Shown here: piece by piece, positions 27,284-35,893 of the stretch
Layout: each line of letters starts with the position of its first letter
Position numbering within the stretch: position 1 is the stretch's first letter
DNA from: Colwellia polaris
Lineage (GTDB): Archaea; Nanohalarchaeota; Nanosalinia; Nanosalinales; Nanosalinaceae
Assembly (NCBI GenBank): GCA_047617785.1
Contig: JBLGBK010000004.1
Coordinates: forward strand, 1 to 51,507
DNA length: 51,507 nucleotides
Direction: 5' to 3'
Program-made: the position numbers and the translations under genes
The notes under the pieces: model-generated
What the model was told of the DNA's origin: nothing
Databases searched by the model: none
Seen by the model: only the letters and a program-made list of their open reading frames with translations

Positions 27284-27826
27284 TTATAAGGTTTTTATTT
27301 TTGAGATGAGGTTATCTAGGAAACTGTTTCTATCATCTTCTTTCTCCGGTCTTATCTCTTCAGGAAGTAGTTCATATTTGTCCTCCGAGACCTCTTCTAG
27401 AGCGTTTCTGATCTTTGAGTTAGCTGTACTATCCCCCATGTACTCTTCGTACTGGGTGACTAGGTTCTGCAAAGCGTTTCGGCCTGGTCCATAGTATGCT
27501 TTTATCTCGCCTTCCGGGGTTATCTCTAGGGGTGCTTGGCGCGCATATCTCTGACCTATTTTTTCTCCAAACAGGTCGGTGACGGCATCCATGGTTTTTT
27601 GAAGACATTCTAGGTAGAACTCCTGATGCTCCGTATAACTTCTCAGTATCTCTACTGCATCCTCTCCTTTGCCGTAGAAACCTGTTATCTCGTCTTCTGA
27701 GTTTATTTTAAGCGGGGTTTTACGCGCCCATTTCAGAGCTACTTCCTCGCCAAGAGCTTCTTTCTCTTTTTCTACTATCCTCGCCATTACATCTAAATAA
27801 TACTCCTGACGGTTATCTTCGCCCAT
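27284..27826 (-). CDS. Soluble hypothetical protein built from an internal tandem duplication of about 60 aa
   Basis: QEYYLDVMARIVEKEKEALGEEVALKWARKTPLKINSEDEITGFYGKGEDAVEIL aligns with QEFYLECLQKTMDAVTDLFGEKIGQRYARQAPLEITPEGEIKAYYGPGRNALQNL. Confidence 0.85.
   Translation of the reverse strand: MGEDNRQEYYLDVMARIVEKEKEALGEEVALKWARKTPLKINSEDEITGFYGKGEDAVEILRSYTEHQEFYLECLQKTMDAVTDLFGEKIGQRYARQAPLEITPEGEIKAYYGPGRNALQNLVTQYEEYMGDSTANSKIRNALEEVSEDKYELLPEEIRPEKEDDRNSFLDNLISKIKTL
27445..27808 (-). repeat. Protein-level tandem repeat (2 copies, about 61 codons each)
   Basis: Direct alignment of the two halves (QE.YL, G, AR..PL.I..E.EI...YG.G..A...L); boundaries approximate. Confidence 0.8.
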
Positions 27827-28061
27827 AAGCGAATTTTCGTATTGTCAATTAAACCTGTTTGGGGTATTTCTTTGCTCTTAATCTTAGATTCCAAAAATTG
27901 GTTCTGGTGTTCTTAAGATTCTCAATCTATTTGGGTGTAAAAATTCTTTTTATATCTGTAAGCGATGAAATCCAGAAGGCTGAAAAGTTTATGAAGTAGC
28001 AAGGGTTAGTTAAACGTTGCTAACTGGATAAACAGAAAGTGAAAAACTGAATTCCTAATAT

Positions 28062-28466
28062 CTACAACATCCTGTTCTTCCCATTTCTCAAGCCATAACC
28101 TCTCAGAACATTTTCCACTCCAATATTCATTGCAGTCTCCATATATTCTCCTGCACGTTCTCTATCGTCAAATTGGTTGTAAGGAAGATCTACGGTATGA
28201 ATATCGGGTTCTTCGCCAGCAATACTGGTATATATCTCGTCTTCTCCTTCTGAAACAAACTCATATATGACGATCAAATCGTGTTCGAGTTCTGGAGTTT
28301 CCTCAATCTGTAGAAGACCAAGACCGGAACCAATATCTCCAACCATATAAGTCGGATAATTATTTTCGTCAATTGTTGAAAGCCGCGACCAATCCTCTTC
28401 TGACTCAAGTAATTCGGGTTTTAACTCCTTATCAGAACTGCCTTCCAAGTTATCCTCAACGCTCAT
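28062..28466 (-). CDS. Hypothetical acidic protein (134 aa)
   Basis: Start moved to ATG 28466 (MSVEDNL), preceded by GAGG; acidic composition; no motif recognised. Confidence 0.7.
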   Translation of the reverse strand: MSVEDNLEGSSDKELKPELLESEEDWSRLSTIDENNYPTYMVGDIGSGLGLLQIEETPELEHDLIVIYEFVSEGEDEIYTSIAGEEPDIHTVDLPYNQFDDRERAGEYMETAMNIGVENVLRGYGLRNGKNRML

Positions 28467-28601
28467 GATATCCTCTTTCCAAAAACAAGCGTAACGCCGC
28501 CTTATCAACGCTTCCGAAAACTTAAGTGAACCAATTCACAATAAGTACAGTAAGTACCTCGATTCTATTTCTCTTCAGAAGTTAGACTAAGTAAAATTTA
28601 G

Positions 28602-28675
28602 TGGGCCGGACGGGATTTGAACCCGCGACTGCTTGGTTAAGAGCCAAGCGCTCTGCCAGACTGAGCTACCGGCCC
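28602..28675 (-). tRNA. tRNA-Lys (anticodon CTT); CCA not encoded
   Basis: GGGCCGG/CCGGCCC acceptor stem with A73, D-arm GCTC/GAGC, anticodon arm CTTGG-CTCTTAA-CCAAG, T-loop TTCAAAT. Confidence 0.97.
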
Positions 28676-28763
28676 GTGGTGGTAGCCTCTGTATCTATGT
28701 TATTGTATTGATAAGTTCTTTATAGGACATTGATAGAAAAAGAGAGTGAGAGAAGGAGAGTGT

Positions 28764-29318
28764 TTACTCTCGGAGTTCTGTTTTCCGGACTTCCAGTTCT
28801 CTGAATGGGTAGATTTCGTCTACTGCGTCTCTGAGTTCTTTCTGCAGGTTGTCCTGGAAGATGTTCTCCATTATTTCTTCGTAGGTCTGTTCGCCTGTTT
28901 TTTCTTCTGTGATCTCCTTGATTCGGTTTCTTGCTTCGTTCAGTTTCTTCTTGGAGGTCTTCTTGAGGGTTGCACCTACAAACTTGATTCTTACTTCCCG
29001 GTCGTCAGCTGTCGTGAAGTCTTCGACGTAGTCAAAACGGTTGCTTCGCTTACGGATCATTCGGGAAACGAATTCCTTGCTGCACTCCATTCCGTCGATC
29101 TCTGTGAAGGCTTTGTTTCCTTCAACTTCTGTAACTTTTAGTTCAACATCTACGTAGTATTTGCTTGTATCATCCATTAGTTCGGTCAGGCTTTCCTTGA
29201 CTCTTCTACCGACTACTTGAGAGTCCTTTTCTGCAGGAGTCTCTGTTACTACATCTTCGTCGAATATTTCCGGTGCCTGTACTTCATACCAGTTTTTCTG
29301 TATTACAGCCTTAGCCAT
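28764..29318 (-). CDS. rps3ae: 30S ribosomal protein eS1 (S3Ae)
   Basis: KNWYEVQAPEIF...VGRRV...IYPFRELEVRKTE motifs; start moved to ATG 29318. Confidence 0.95.
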   Translation of the reverse strand: MAKAVIQKNWYEVQAPEIFDEDVVTETPAEKDSQVVGRRVKESLTELMDDTSKYYVDVELKVTEVEGNKAFTEIDGMECSKEFVSRMIRKRSNRFDYVEDFTTADDREVRIKFVGATLKKTSKKKLNEARNRIKEITEEKTGEQTYEEIMENIFQDNLQKELRDAVDEIYPFRELEVRKTELRE

Positions 29319-29358
29319 ACTCAATCTCACGAATTAAAACTTTATAAACGGTGGTACC

Positions 29359-30726
29359 TTATGCCTCTGAAATCTCATCTGCAATCTGTTCCTCAACCTG
29401 ATTAATGAACTTGTGCTTGTTCTCCTCCGGTATTTTAGCTCCTGCAGCGATGTTGTGCCCTCCTCCTTCGCCGTCAAGCTCTTCACATATCTCGCCGATA
29501 ATCTCTCCAAGATTTAATCCCGCCTCAACAACCTCTTTATCAGCACGGGTAGAGATCTTCAGCTTATCTTTTTCTGCTTCAGCAACTCCAAGGATTACAG
29601 GCGAGTCAAACAATCCGTTACTCATAGAAATAGTGGTAACAGTTCCGATGAAGTCATCGCTGATATTTGAACCGGCATCAATAACTCCGATATTCTGTTC
29701 GTAGATAACGTCGTCGTTTTCACGGTTGTTCTCAACGAAACGCAGTGATTTGGATATTTTCCGTCCGTACTGGCTTGAAATCTTCTCTGCCATTTCTTGA
29801 TCATCCTCCAAAAGAATGTGGACGCCTTTTTCTGCTTTACCTAGCCTTCCGCATGCGTTGATGACGGTTGAGTACTCGTCGATCTCGTAGCCGTTCTGAA
29901 GTGTGTATATAGAGTTCATTAGCTGTTCGACAGGGAAGCCTTGTGTAATCATCTTGTGAATCAGTTTTTTCTCCTCTTCAGGTTCAAGATCTGCCAAGGT
30001 CCGGAAATCGCCTTCGTCTCTTACATCTACGCCTGAGCTTTTTACGAGCTGTATTGCACCTGATTCGTTGTTGCTGACCCCTTCAAGATATGGATCTGTA
30101 GTATACATTAGTGATTGCTGGATCGGCTTTGTAGTCCTTCCGTATAGATCTAAGCCTTTTCTTTTATCGACTAATCCTTCTTCTACTGCTTCTTCTGCTA
30201 GCTGTTCGTTCAACCCCATGAATTCGCCGTCTTGTTTCTGGACGTCTCCTGTAGCGCCTACAAGTGCGTACTGTACTAAGTCTACGTTTTCTTCATCGAC
30301 CTGTTTGGCTAGTAGGTAGGTTACTCCTGCGGCAGAGATTGCTTCTCCTCCATCGATTCCTACAAAGTGTGGGTTGATGTGGATGAAGTCTCCTTCGATC
30401 TGTGGTTCGTGGTGGTCGCTTACGATTACTTCTTTGCCGGTTCCTTCAATTATATGTTCTTGTATGAATTCTGACTGTCCTGATCCGATGTCGACGAATA
30501 GCAGCAGTTCTTCGTCTTCCTCTGAGATACGTTCTATTCCTTCTTCGTATAGCTGTTTGACTATTTCGTATTCAAAGTCTTTTCCAAGTCTTTCAAGCAT
30601 CTGGTATGCGATTGCTGTCGCTGATATGCCGTCTGCGTCGTACTGTCCTATTAATCTTATTTTGCCGTCGTATTCTCTTAGTTTCTCCGCGGCAGGCTCT
30701 GCTGCTTCAAGAATTTCTTCAACCAT
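29359..30726 (-). CDS. RecJ-like DHH/DHHA1 protein (GAN/Cdc45-RecJ homologue)
   Basis: DADG, DIGSG, DHH, GATGD, NACGR and GGGH..AAGA motifs; conserved position between rps15 and rps3ae. Confidence 0.92.
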   Translation of the reverse strand: MVEEILEAAEPAAEKLREYDGKIRLIGQYDADGISATAIAYQMLERLGKDFEYEIVKQLYEEGIERISEEDEELLLFVDIGSGQSEFIQEHIIEGTGKEVIVSDHHEPQIEGDFIHINPHFVGIDGGEAISAAGVTYLLAKQVDEENVDLVQYALVGATGDVQKQDGEFMGLNEQLAEEAVEEGLVDKRKGLDLYGRTTKPIQQSLMYTTDPYLEGVSNNESGAIQLVKSSGVDVRDEGDFRTLADLEPEEEKKLIHKMITQGFPVEQLMNSIYTLQNGYEIDEYSTVINACGRLGKAEKGVHILLEDDQEMAEKISSQYGRKISKSLRFVENNRENDDVIYEQNIGVIDAGSNISDDFIGTVTTISMSNGLFDSPVILGVAEAEKDKLKISTRADKEVVEAGLNLGEIIGEICEELDGEGGGHNIAAGAKIPEENKHKFINQVEEQIADEISEA

Positions 30727-30846
30727 TAATCCTAAACAGGAAGTCTAATGCTTTTTACAGTTTAGGTTGCTGAATTTAGAGAAATTTGAGAAATGTAAAA
30801 TGAGAGAAAAGAAAGTTTTGAGGAGGTTAGATATTGGAAACGGTTT

Positions 30847-31284
30847 TTACTCGTCTCGTTCGTATTCCCAGTTCTCCGGGATCTCGCCTTCTTCTCTGTA
30901 GTAATCTGCAAGGCTTCGAATCTTTGCCTCGGTAAGTTCTAGGCGTCTTTCTGCCTGTGAGTCGTTGTCGTTTTCTTCGAGGTGTTCTTTAAGATTCTGA
31001 GCTTTGTCTAGAAGATTCTGCAGATCTGAAGGTATGTCAGGAGCTTCTCCTTTTTCTTCCAGTATTTCTGTTACCTTCTTGTCTGTAACTTGTTTGACGG
31101 AAGGAATTCCGTACTGGTCTCGGAGTCGCAGGCCGATTTCAGCTGGCTGCAGTCCGTCCTGGCTGAGTTTGACTACAAGGTCTTCAACTTCTTCCTCTGC
31201 GTAGTCTACCCAGTCAGGGTTGTCTTTTTCTATAGGTTTGTTAGATCCTGAACTTCCTCTTGCGTCTGAGTGCATTCTTGACAT
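30847..31284 (-). CDS. rps15: 30S ribosomal protein uS15
   Basis: MSRMH...GSSGS...IGLRLRDQYGIPSVK...EAKIRSLADYY motifs. Confidence 0.98.
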   Translation of the reverse strand: MSRMHSDARGSSGSNKPIEKDNPDWVDYAEEEVEDLVVKLSQDGLQPAEIGLRLRDQYGIPSVKQVTDKKVTEILEEKGEAPDIPSDLQNLLDKAQNLKEHLEENDNDSQAERRLELTEAKIRSLADYYREEGEIPENWEYERDE

Positions 31285-31295
31285 TGTTATATCAC

Positions 31296-31342
31296 GTTCC
31301 GATCCGGTTCAGCAAAAATTCTGCTTTTCCGGTCTACAGAAC
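31296..31342 (-). promoter_or_regulatory. Candidate structured 5' leader (hairpin) of rps15
   Basis: Nested complementary segments GUUC/GAAC, CCGG/CCGG and AGCAGA/UUUGCU. Begins about 20 nt below a TATA box and abuts the GTGAT SD. Confidence 0.5.
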
Positions 31343-31361
31343 AGTAGTTAAACTGAAAATC

Positions 31362-31369
31362 TTTTTAAA
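31362..31369 (-). promoter_or_regulatory. Probable TATA box of rps15
   Basis: Minus strand TTTAAAAA immediately after the bud32 stop. Confidence 0.5.
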
Positions 31370-31371
31370 CC

Positions 31372-31938
31372 CTATTTGTACCGGCCACGCTGCTCTACTT
31401 CTTCTAATCTTTCAAGAACATCATCGATCTCATCGGATTTCTTATAGCCTTCCAGAAATGCGTTCCATAGCTTTTCTGCTTTCTCGCTGTGAGAGCTCTC
31501 AAGGACTTGTTTTAATAGATGGATATCGACAGCTCGATCCTCAACACGGTCCGACTGAAATGCAAGACCGAAGTCGATTATCTTCAGTTCCGCGTTAACC
31601 ATGACGTTACTGGTGGTAAGGTCCCCGTGTATAACATCAATTTCGTGTAATCCTGCAACCTCTTCTCCCATTTTCCTGAAGTATTCTTCTTTCGGGTTAT
31701 CTCTAAGTTTTTCGCCCTCAACTTTCTCCATCTTGAAACTGTCTTTGCTGATTTTCAGCACTTCTGGCACAGAAACGTTGTACTTGTGAGCTCTCTTGAG
31801 GAGTCTCACTTCTCTTTCTGTTCTCTCTTCTCTGAGCTTGCTGTCGAGTTCTGGATGTCGGTACTTCTTCTTTTCCCTTTTCTTCACGGCTTCGCTATCT
31901 GTGAATTCGATTACTGCTTCGGCTCCTCTGATAGTCAT
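31372..31938 (-). CDS. bud32: KEOPS kinase/ATPase Bud32
   Basis: RGAEA, KKYRHPELD, HGDLTTSN, IDFGLA and EDRAVD..LL motifs; C-terminal RGRY. Confidence 0.96.
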   Translation of the reverse strand: MTIRGAEAVIEFTDSEAVKKREKKKYRHPELDSKLREERTEREVRLLKRAHKYNVSVPEVLKISKDSFKMEKVEGEKLRDNPKEEYFRKMGEEVAGLHEIDVIHGDLTTSNVMVNAELKIIDFGLAFQSDRVEDRAVDIHLLKQVLESSHSEKAEKLWNAFLEGYKKSDEIDDVLERLEEVEQRGRYK

Positions 31939-31969
31939 GATTCAATCACTGTCTGTGAATTTTCTTATA

Positions 31970-33625
31970 TTATCCTTCATCGGACTGAAGGAATTTTCTG
32001 ATTTCAAGCAGGTTTCTTCTACGTAGCTCTTCACGGTAGTTCTTGTCCTGCATAACGCCTTCCATGTGATCTACAAGCATCTCTGAGCTCAGGATTTCCG
32101 GCACGTTAACGTATAATGCTCCTCTTTCCAGTAGCTCGCTCGCCTCTGTAACGTTTTCTGAACGGAGAATGATGTCTGCGTCAGTATCGAGATCTAGTAT
32201 ATGTTCTGATATCTTCTTTACTGGTACTGTGGATACTATTAGTTGTGCATTCTCAAGTCCTGCTTCTTGCCATGGGAATATGTCCATGACATCGCCGTAT
32301 AGATATGGTTCGTCTTTTTCGCGTAACTCTTCAATCTTTTCTGGGTCGTTCTCAATTACGATGTAGTCTACTTCTTCCTTATTTAGTGCGTCTACGATCC
32401 GTTTACCTTGTGTATCGTATCCTGCGAGGATGATATGGTTTTCTAAATCTCCGATATCGTCGCTTTTCGGCACTGACTTGTTTGTAGGGAGGAAATCAAT
32501 CTCTCTGATTATGCGGTAAAGTACTTCTTCGTGTCTTGTGGTGTAGGCGGATGTGATCATTGTGAACGTAGCTGCAAGTATCAACGCGTTAAATAGGCTT
32601 CCAGATATTGTTCCGTTTATGTGACCAGTAATACCTATTATCAAGCTGAATTCGCTTACCTGGTCGAGGCTAAAGCCTGATAGATGTGCTGTACGATCGT
32701 CAAAGCCTGTACTTATCAATCCTAGAACTGTGATCATAGGTTTCGCGACTGCGACCAATAATACTAGTACTGTTGCCAGTAAAAGAGTCTGAAATCCTGG
32801 AAAGGTTGCTAGAGCGCCTAGTGAGATGAAGAATAGTGCTGAGAAGAAGTCTTTCAGCGATCCGGTTGTGTCTAGTATTTCCATGTTGTGAGGGAATTTT
32901 GATACCGCTAGTCCTGCTGCAAAAGCACCTACAGCAATACTTAAGTTGAGGACTACTGCTATACCGATAAAGCCGGATAGGAATGCTATAGAGGTTATCA
33001 TGAAGAGTTCTCGAGAGTTCTCGATTAATCTGCCGATGTAGTCAAATAGGTACTCTCGGAAAATCAGGGCCAAAGTCATCAAGCCCAGTCCGTATAGGAA
33101 CTGTGTAGCGATGTTGGCGCCGGATGAGAGCGCGGTTAGTCCGATGACTAATGCTATTGCTATTATATCCTGAATAAGCTGTATAGATTCTGCTATTCGG
33201 CCATGAATTAGATCTATGTTTATTTCTTGCTGTATCAGCTGTAATCCTACAAGTGAAGAGCTAAGAGACGCAAATACGCTGAAGTAGAGTGCTTCCATTA
33301 CTGATAGGTTAAGTAGTAGTCCTAAGCCAAATCCAAGTACTCCTATCAAAGCCACCTGTAATGTGGCAGTAAACTGGCTTTCGCTAGCTACAGATCTTAT
33401 ACGGTTTATATCCAGTTTTACTCCGAAAATGAAAACCAAGAATGCAATTCCTATTTGTGAGAATGTTAGTATGTCTTGTTCTGGTATTAAGGGTCCGACT
33501 AAAAGCCCTGCTAGTATGTATGCAGGTAAAGCAGGGTGATCGAATCGATCTAATACCATCAAGGTGAATGACGCGGTTAGGAAAACTAATGTCAGTACTT
33601 CGATTAACTCAGACAGAGCGATCAC
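31970..33625 (-). CDS. Kef-type cation:proton antiporter (CPA2) with C-terminal RCK_N domain
   Basis: AYILAGLLVGP, IQD, GAFAAG and QVSEFS motifs; about 12 TM; HIILAGYDTQG RCK domain. Start codon uncertain. Confidence 0.92.
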   Translation of the reverse strand: MIALSELIEVLTLVFLTASFTLMVLDRFDHPALPAYILAGLLVGPLIPEQDILTFSQIGIAFLVFIFGVKLDINRIRSVASESQFTATLQVALIGVLGFGLGLLLNLSVMEALYFSVFASLSSSLVGLQLIQQEINIDLIHGRIAESIQLIQDIIAIALVIGLTALSSGANIATQFLYGLGLMTLALIFREYLFDYIGRLIENSRELFMITSIAFLSGFIGIAVVLNLSIAVGAFAAGLAVSKFPHNMEILDTTGSLKDFFSALFFISLGALATFPGFQTLLLATVLVLLVAVAKPMITVLGLISTGFDDRTAHLSGFSLDQVSEFSLIIGITGHINGTISGSLFNALILAATFTMITSAYTTRHEEVLYRIIREIDFLPTNKSVPKSDDIGDLENHIILAGYDTQGKRIVDALNKEEVDYIVIENDPEKIEELREKDEPYLYGDVMDIFPWQEAGLENAQLIVSTVPVKKISEHILDLDTDADIILRSENVTEASELLERGALYVNVPEILSSEMLVDHMEGVMQDKNYREELRRRNLLEIRKFLQSDEG

Positions 33626-35294
33626 CCCATTTTATCCTTTCTTTTTCCCGTTCAACTTCCTCAATGAATAACTGCTTGTCCTCAAGATAGAGTTCTATAT
33701 ACTCATTCATCTTGTCTCCTGTAAGTATGTTCTCCATTATAACGTAGTGCGCGTCCAGTTCATAGAGTTCTGCTGCCTTCGTCATGGAGTCTGTCTGTAT
33801 GAATTTTGTAGCGTCTTCTGAAGCATCAGACAGAATTCTCTTGTTGACTTCGTGATCTTGAACTACTGAAAGTATGAAGTCTGCTTTTTTGATACCTGAA
33901 GAGTCTCGTATCTCACCGTGCTTGAAGTCGCCGTAAATGTATTCGTAGTCTGATGACGCGAGATTTGGCGTGTCTTTTGCGTCGTTATCAACGATTACAA
34001 CCTGATCGTATTCCTGTTCTAGAAGCTTCAACGCTCTTTTCGCTAGTTCGTTGTAACCTATGACCACCGCATGGTTATGCAGATCCTGAATCTCTAACTC
34101 TTCCTTTTCACCATTCTCAAACCATACTAGCAGGTGTTCGACTTTCTGATAGATTTTGTCATTGAATGTGATAAGATAGGAAGAGATACCCATTGTAACC
34201 ATAGCTGTAATACTGAGGAACCCAAGAACATTTTGATCAATAAAGTTCTGTGAAACAGCTAGAGAACCAAGGATTAATGCGAACTCGCTGATCTGCGTCT
34301 TGTTTATCGCAGCCTTGAAACTGGTTTCAGGAGTGAAATTCTGGCTGTTAGTTACCATGAATATTATGACAAACTTTGCAACCATCAATACGCCTGAAGC
34401 TATCAGTGCTTCCTCAAGGTAGAATCCGAGAGTATCTAAGGTTAGCTCCAAGCCTAGTCCTACAAAGAAGACAGCCATGAAGAAATCAGTTAGCGGTCTT
34501 ACTCTTTCACGTAGTTCGCTGCTGTAAGGAACCTGTCCTAGGCTTAGTCCTGCGAAGAATGCGCCAATCTCCATAGACATTCCAACCTGTTCAGCTAATG
34601 TGATCATGAAGAAGAACCATCCAAGTCCGTAGATGAAGAAAGTATGCTGGCTGTCTTTGATTGACTGGAAAAGTCTTGGCAGAAAGTACTGCGAGGAAAG
34701 ATAGGTTATCACTCCGATAAGTGCTATGAAGAAGAATATCTCCACTACACTGATTGCAAACTGGCTGATGTTTCCGCCTTGAGTGCTCATCAGTGCCAGA
34801 AGTATTACAACCACAATATCTTCGATTAGAAGCATACCTACATCCAGTTTTCCTGGTAGAGTGGTTTCCTGGTCGAGATCGGCGAGCAGTTTGACTACTA
34901 CTGCTGTTGATCCGTACATCGATGCTGCGGCGATTACAAGGGATGCAATCATTTCGAAGCCCATCAGCATCGTAACTGTATAAGCTACTAGACCGGTAAG
35001 TGCCATCTGCACCATGGCGATAATAGTTACGGGTTTCAAGATTTGTTTGATCTCATTTATCTTGATTTCCAATCCTATGAAGAACAGAAGGAATCCAAGA
35101 CCGAGTTCGGACATTAGTTCTATGAACCCTGAGTTTTCTACTAGGCTTAAACCGGCTGAACCTAGTACTAGCCCTGTCGCGATATAGGCTATTATGGTTG
35201 GTTGCTTGGACTTTCTAGCTATTATTCCTAGAACTGCGGCTACAACTGCTATTAATCCTAATCCTGCGAACTGTCCGCCTAGTAGAGCTACCAT
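33609..35294 (-). CDS. Kef-type cation:proton antiporter (CPA2) with C-terminal RCK_N domain (paralogue)
   Basis: IAYIATG, LLFFIGLE, STAVVVKLL, LLIED, GAFFAG and QISEFA motifs; HAVVIGYNELA RCK domain. Confidence 0.93.
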   Translation of the reverse strand: MVALLGGQFAGLGLIAVVAAVLGIIARKSKQPTIIAYIATGLVLGSAGLSLVENSGFIELMSELGLGFLLFFIGLEIKINEIKQILKPVTIIAMVQMALTGLVAYTVTMLMGFEMIASLVIAAASMYGSTAVVVKLLADLDQETTLPGKLDVGMLLIEDIVVVILLALMSTQGGNISQFAISVVEIFFFIALIGVITYLSSQYFLPRLFQSIKDSQHTFFIYGLGWFFFMITLAEQVGMSMEIGAFFAGLSLGQVPYSSELRERVRPLTDFFMAVFFVGLGLELTLDTLGFYLEEALIASGVLMVAKFVIIFMVTNSQNFTPETSFKAAINKTQISEFALILGSLAVSQNFIDQNVLGFLSITAMVTMGISSYLITFNDKIYQKVEHLLVWFENGEKEELEIQDLHNHAVVIGYNELAKRALKLLEQEYDQVVIVDNDAKDTPNLASSDYEYIYGDFKHGEIRDSSGIKKADFILSVVQDHEVNKRILSDASEDATKFIQTDSMTKAAELYELDAHYVIMENILTGDKMNEYIELYLEDKQLFIEEVEREKERIKWGDRSV

Positions 35295-35296
35295 GA

Positions 35297-35893
35297 TTAA
35301 TCGAGCACTTCTTCTATATCGGACCGGCTTACAGGTCCTTTACGATGAATAATGATCTCCGAGTTATTAACTTCAACGATTGTCGAAGTTGGTCCTTGAC
35401 TTAATTCTCCTTCATCAATTACTCCATCAACTTTTTCTAGAAGATCCTCAGAGATATCGTCAATACTGTAAGAAGTGCTTTCGCCTGAGATATTCGCGGA
35501 AGTAGCGGTTATAGGAGGGTTCTCTGCTAGACTGCGGGCTAGTTCACTGGAAGAAATGCGGAAAACAAACTTCTCATTCATTTTCTCTGGAATGCTGTTC
35601 TCGGATTTATCAGCTACAAGAGTGATCGGGCCGGGCATCAATTCCTCAACGATATTTCTCTCACTTTCTGAAAGCTCAGCGTGCCGTTCTGCCTGCTCAA
35701 TACTGTCAACTATTGCTGTCAAACCTTTGCTGCGTGGCCGTTGCTTTGCCTCATAAACTTTCTCAACTGCGTCGGGGTCAAGTGCATCTGCAGCTAAACC
35801 ATAAGCAGTCTCAGTTGGGAAGACAACAACGCCGCCGTCTTCAATTATCTTTTTTGCCTTATCAACATCTACTTTTAGATTTTCTACATCCAT
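35297..35893 (-). CDS. tsaC: Threonylcarbamoyl-AMP synthase, single-domain TsaC/YrdC type
   Basis: FPTETAYGL, KQRP, PGPIT, TATSANISG and STIV motifs; no SUA5 C-terminal domain. Confidence 0.93.
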   Translation of the reverse strand: MDVENLKVDVDKAKKIIEDGGVVVFPTETAYGLAADALDPDAVEKVYEAKQRPRSKGLTAIVDSIEQAERHAELSESERNIVEELMPGPITLVADKSENSIPEKMNEKFVFRISSSELARSLAENPPITATSANISGESTSYSIDDISEDLLEKVDGVIDEGELSQGPTSTIVEVNNSEIIIHRKGPVSRSDIEEVLD

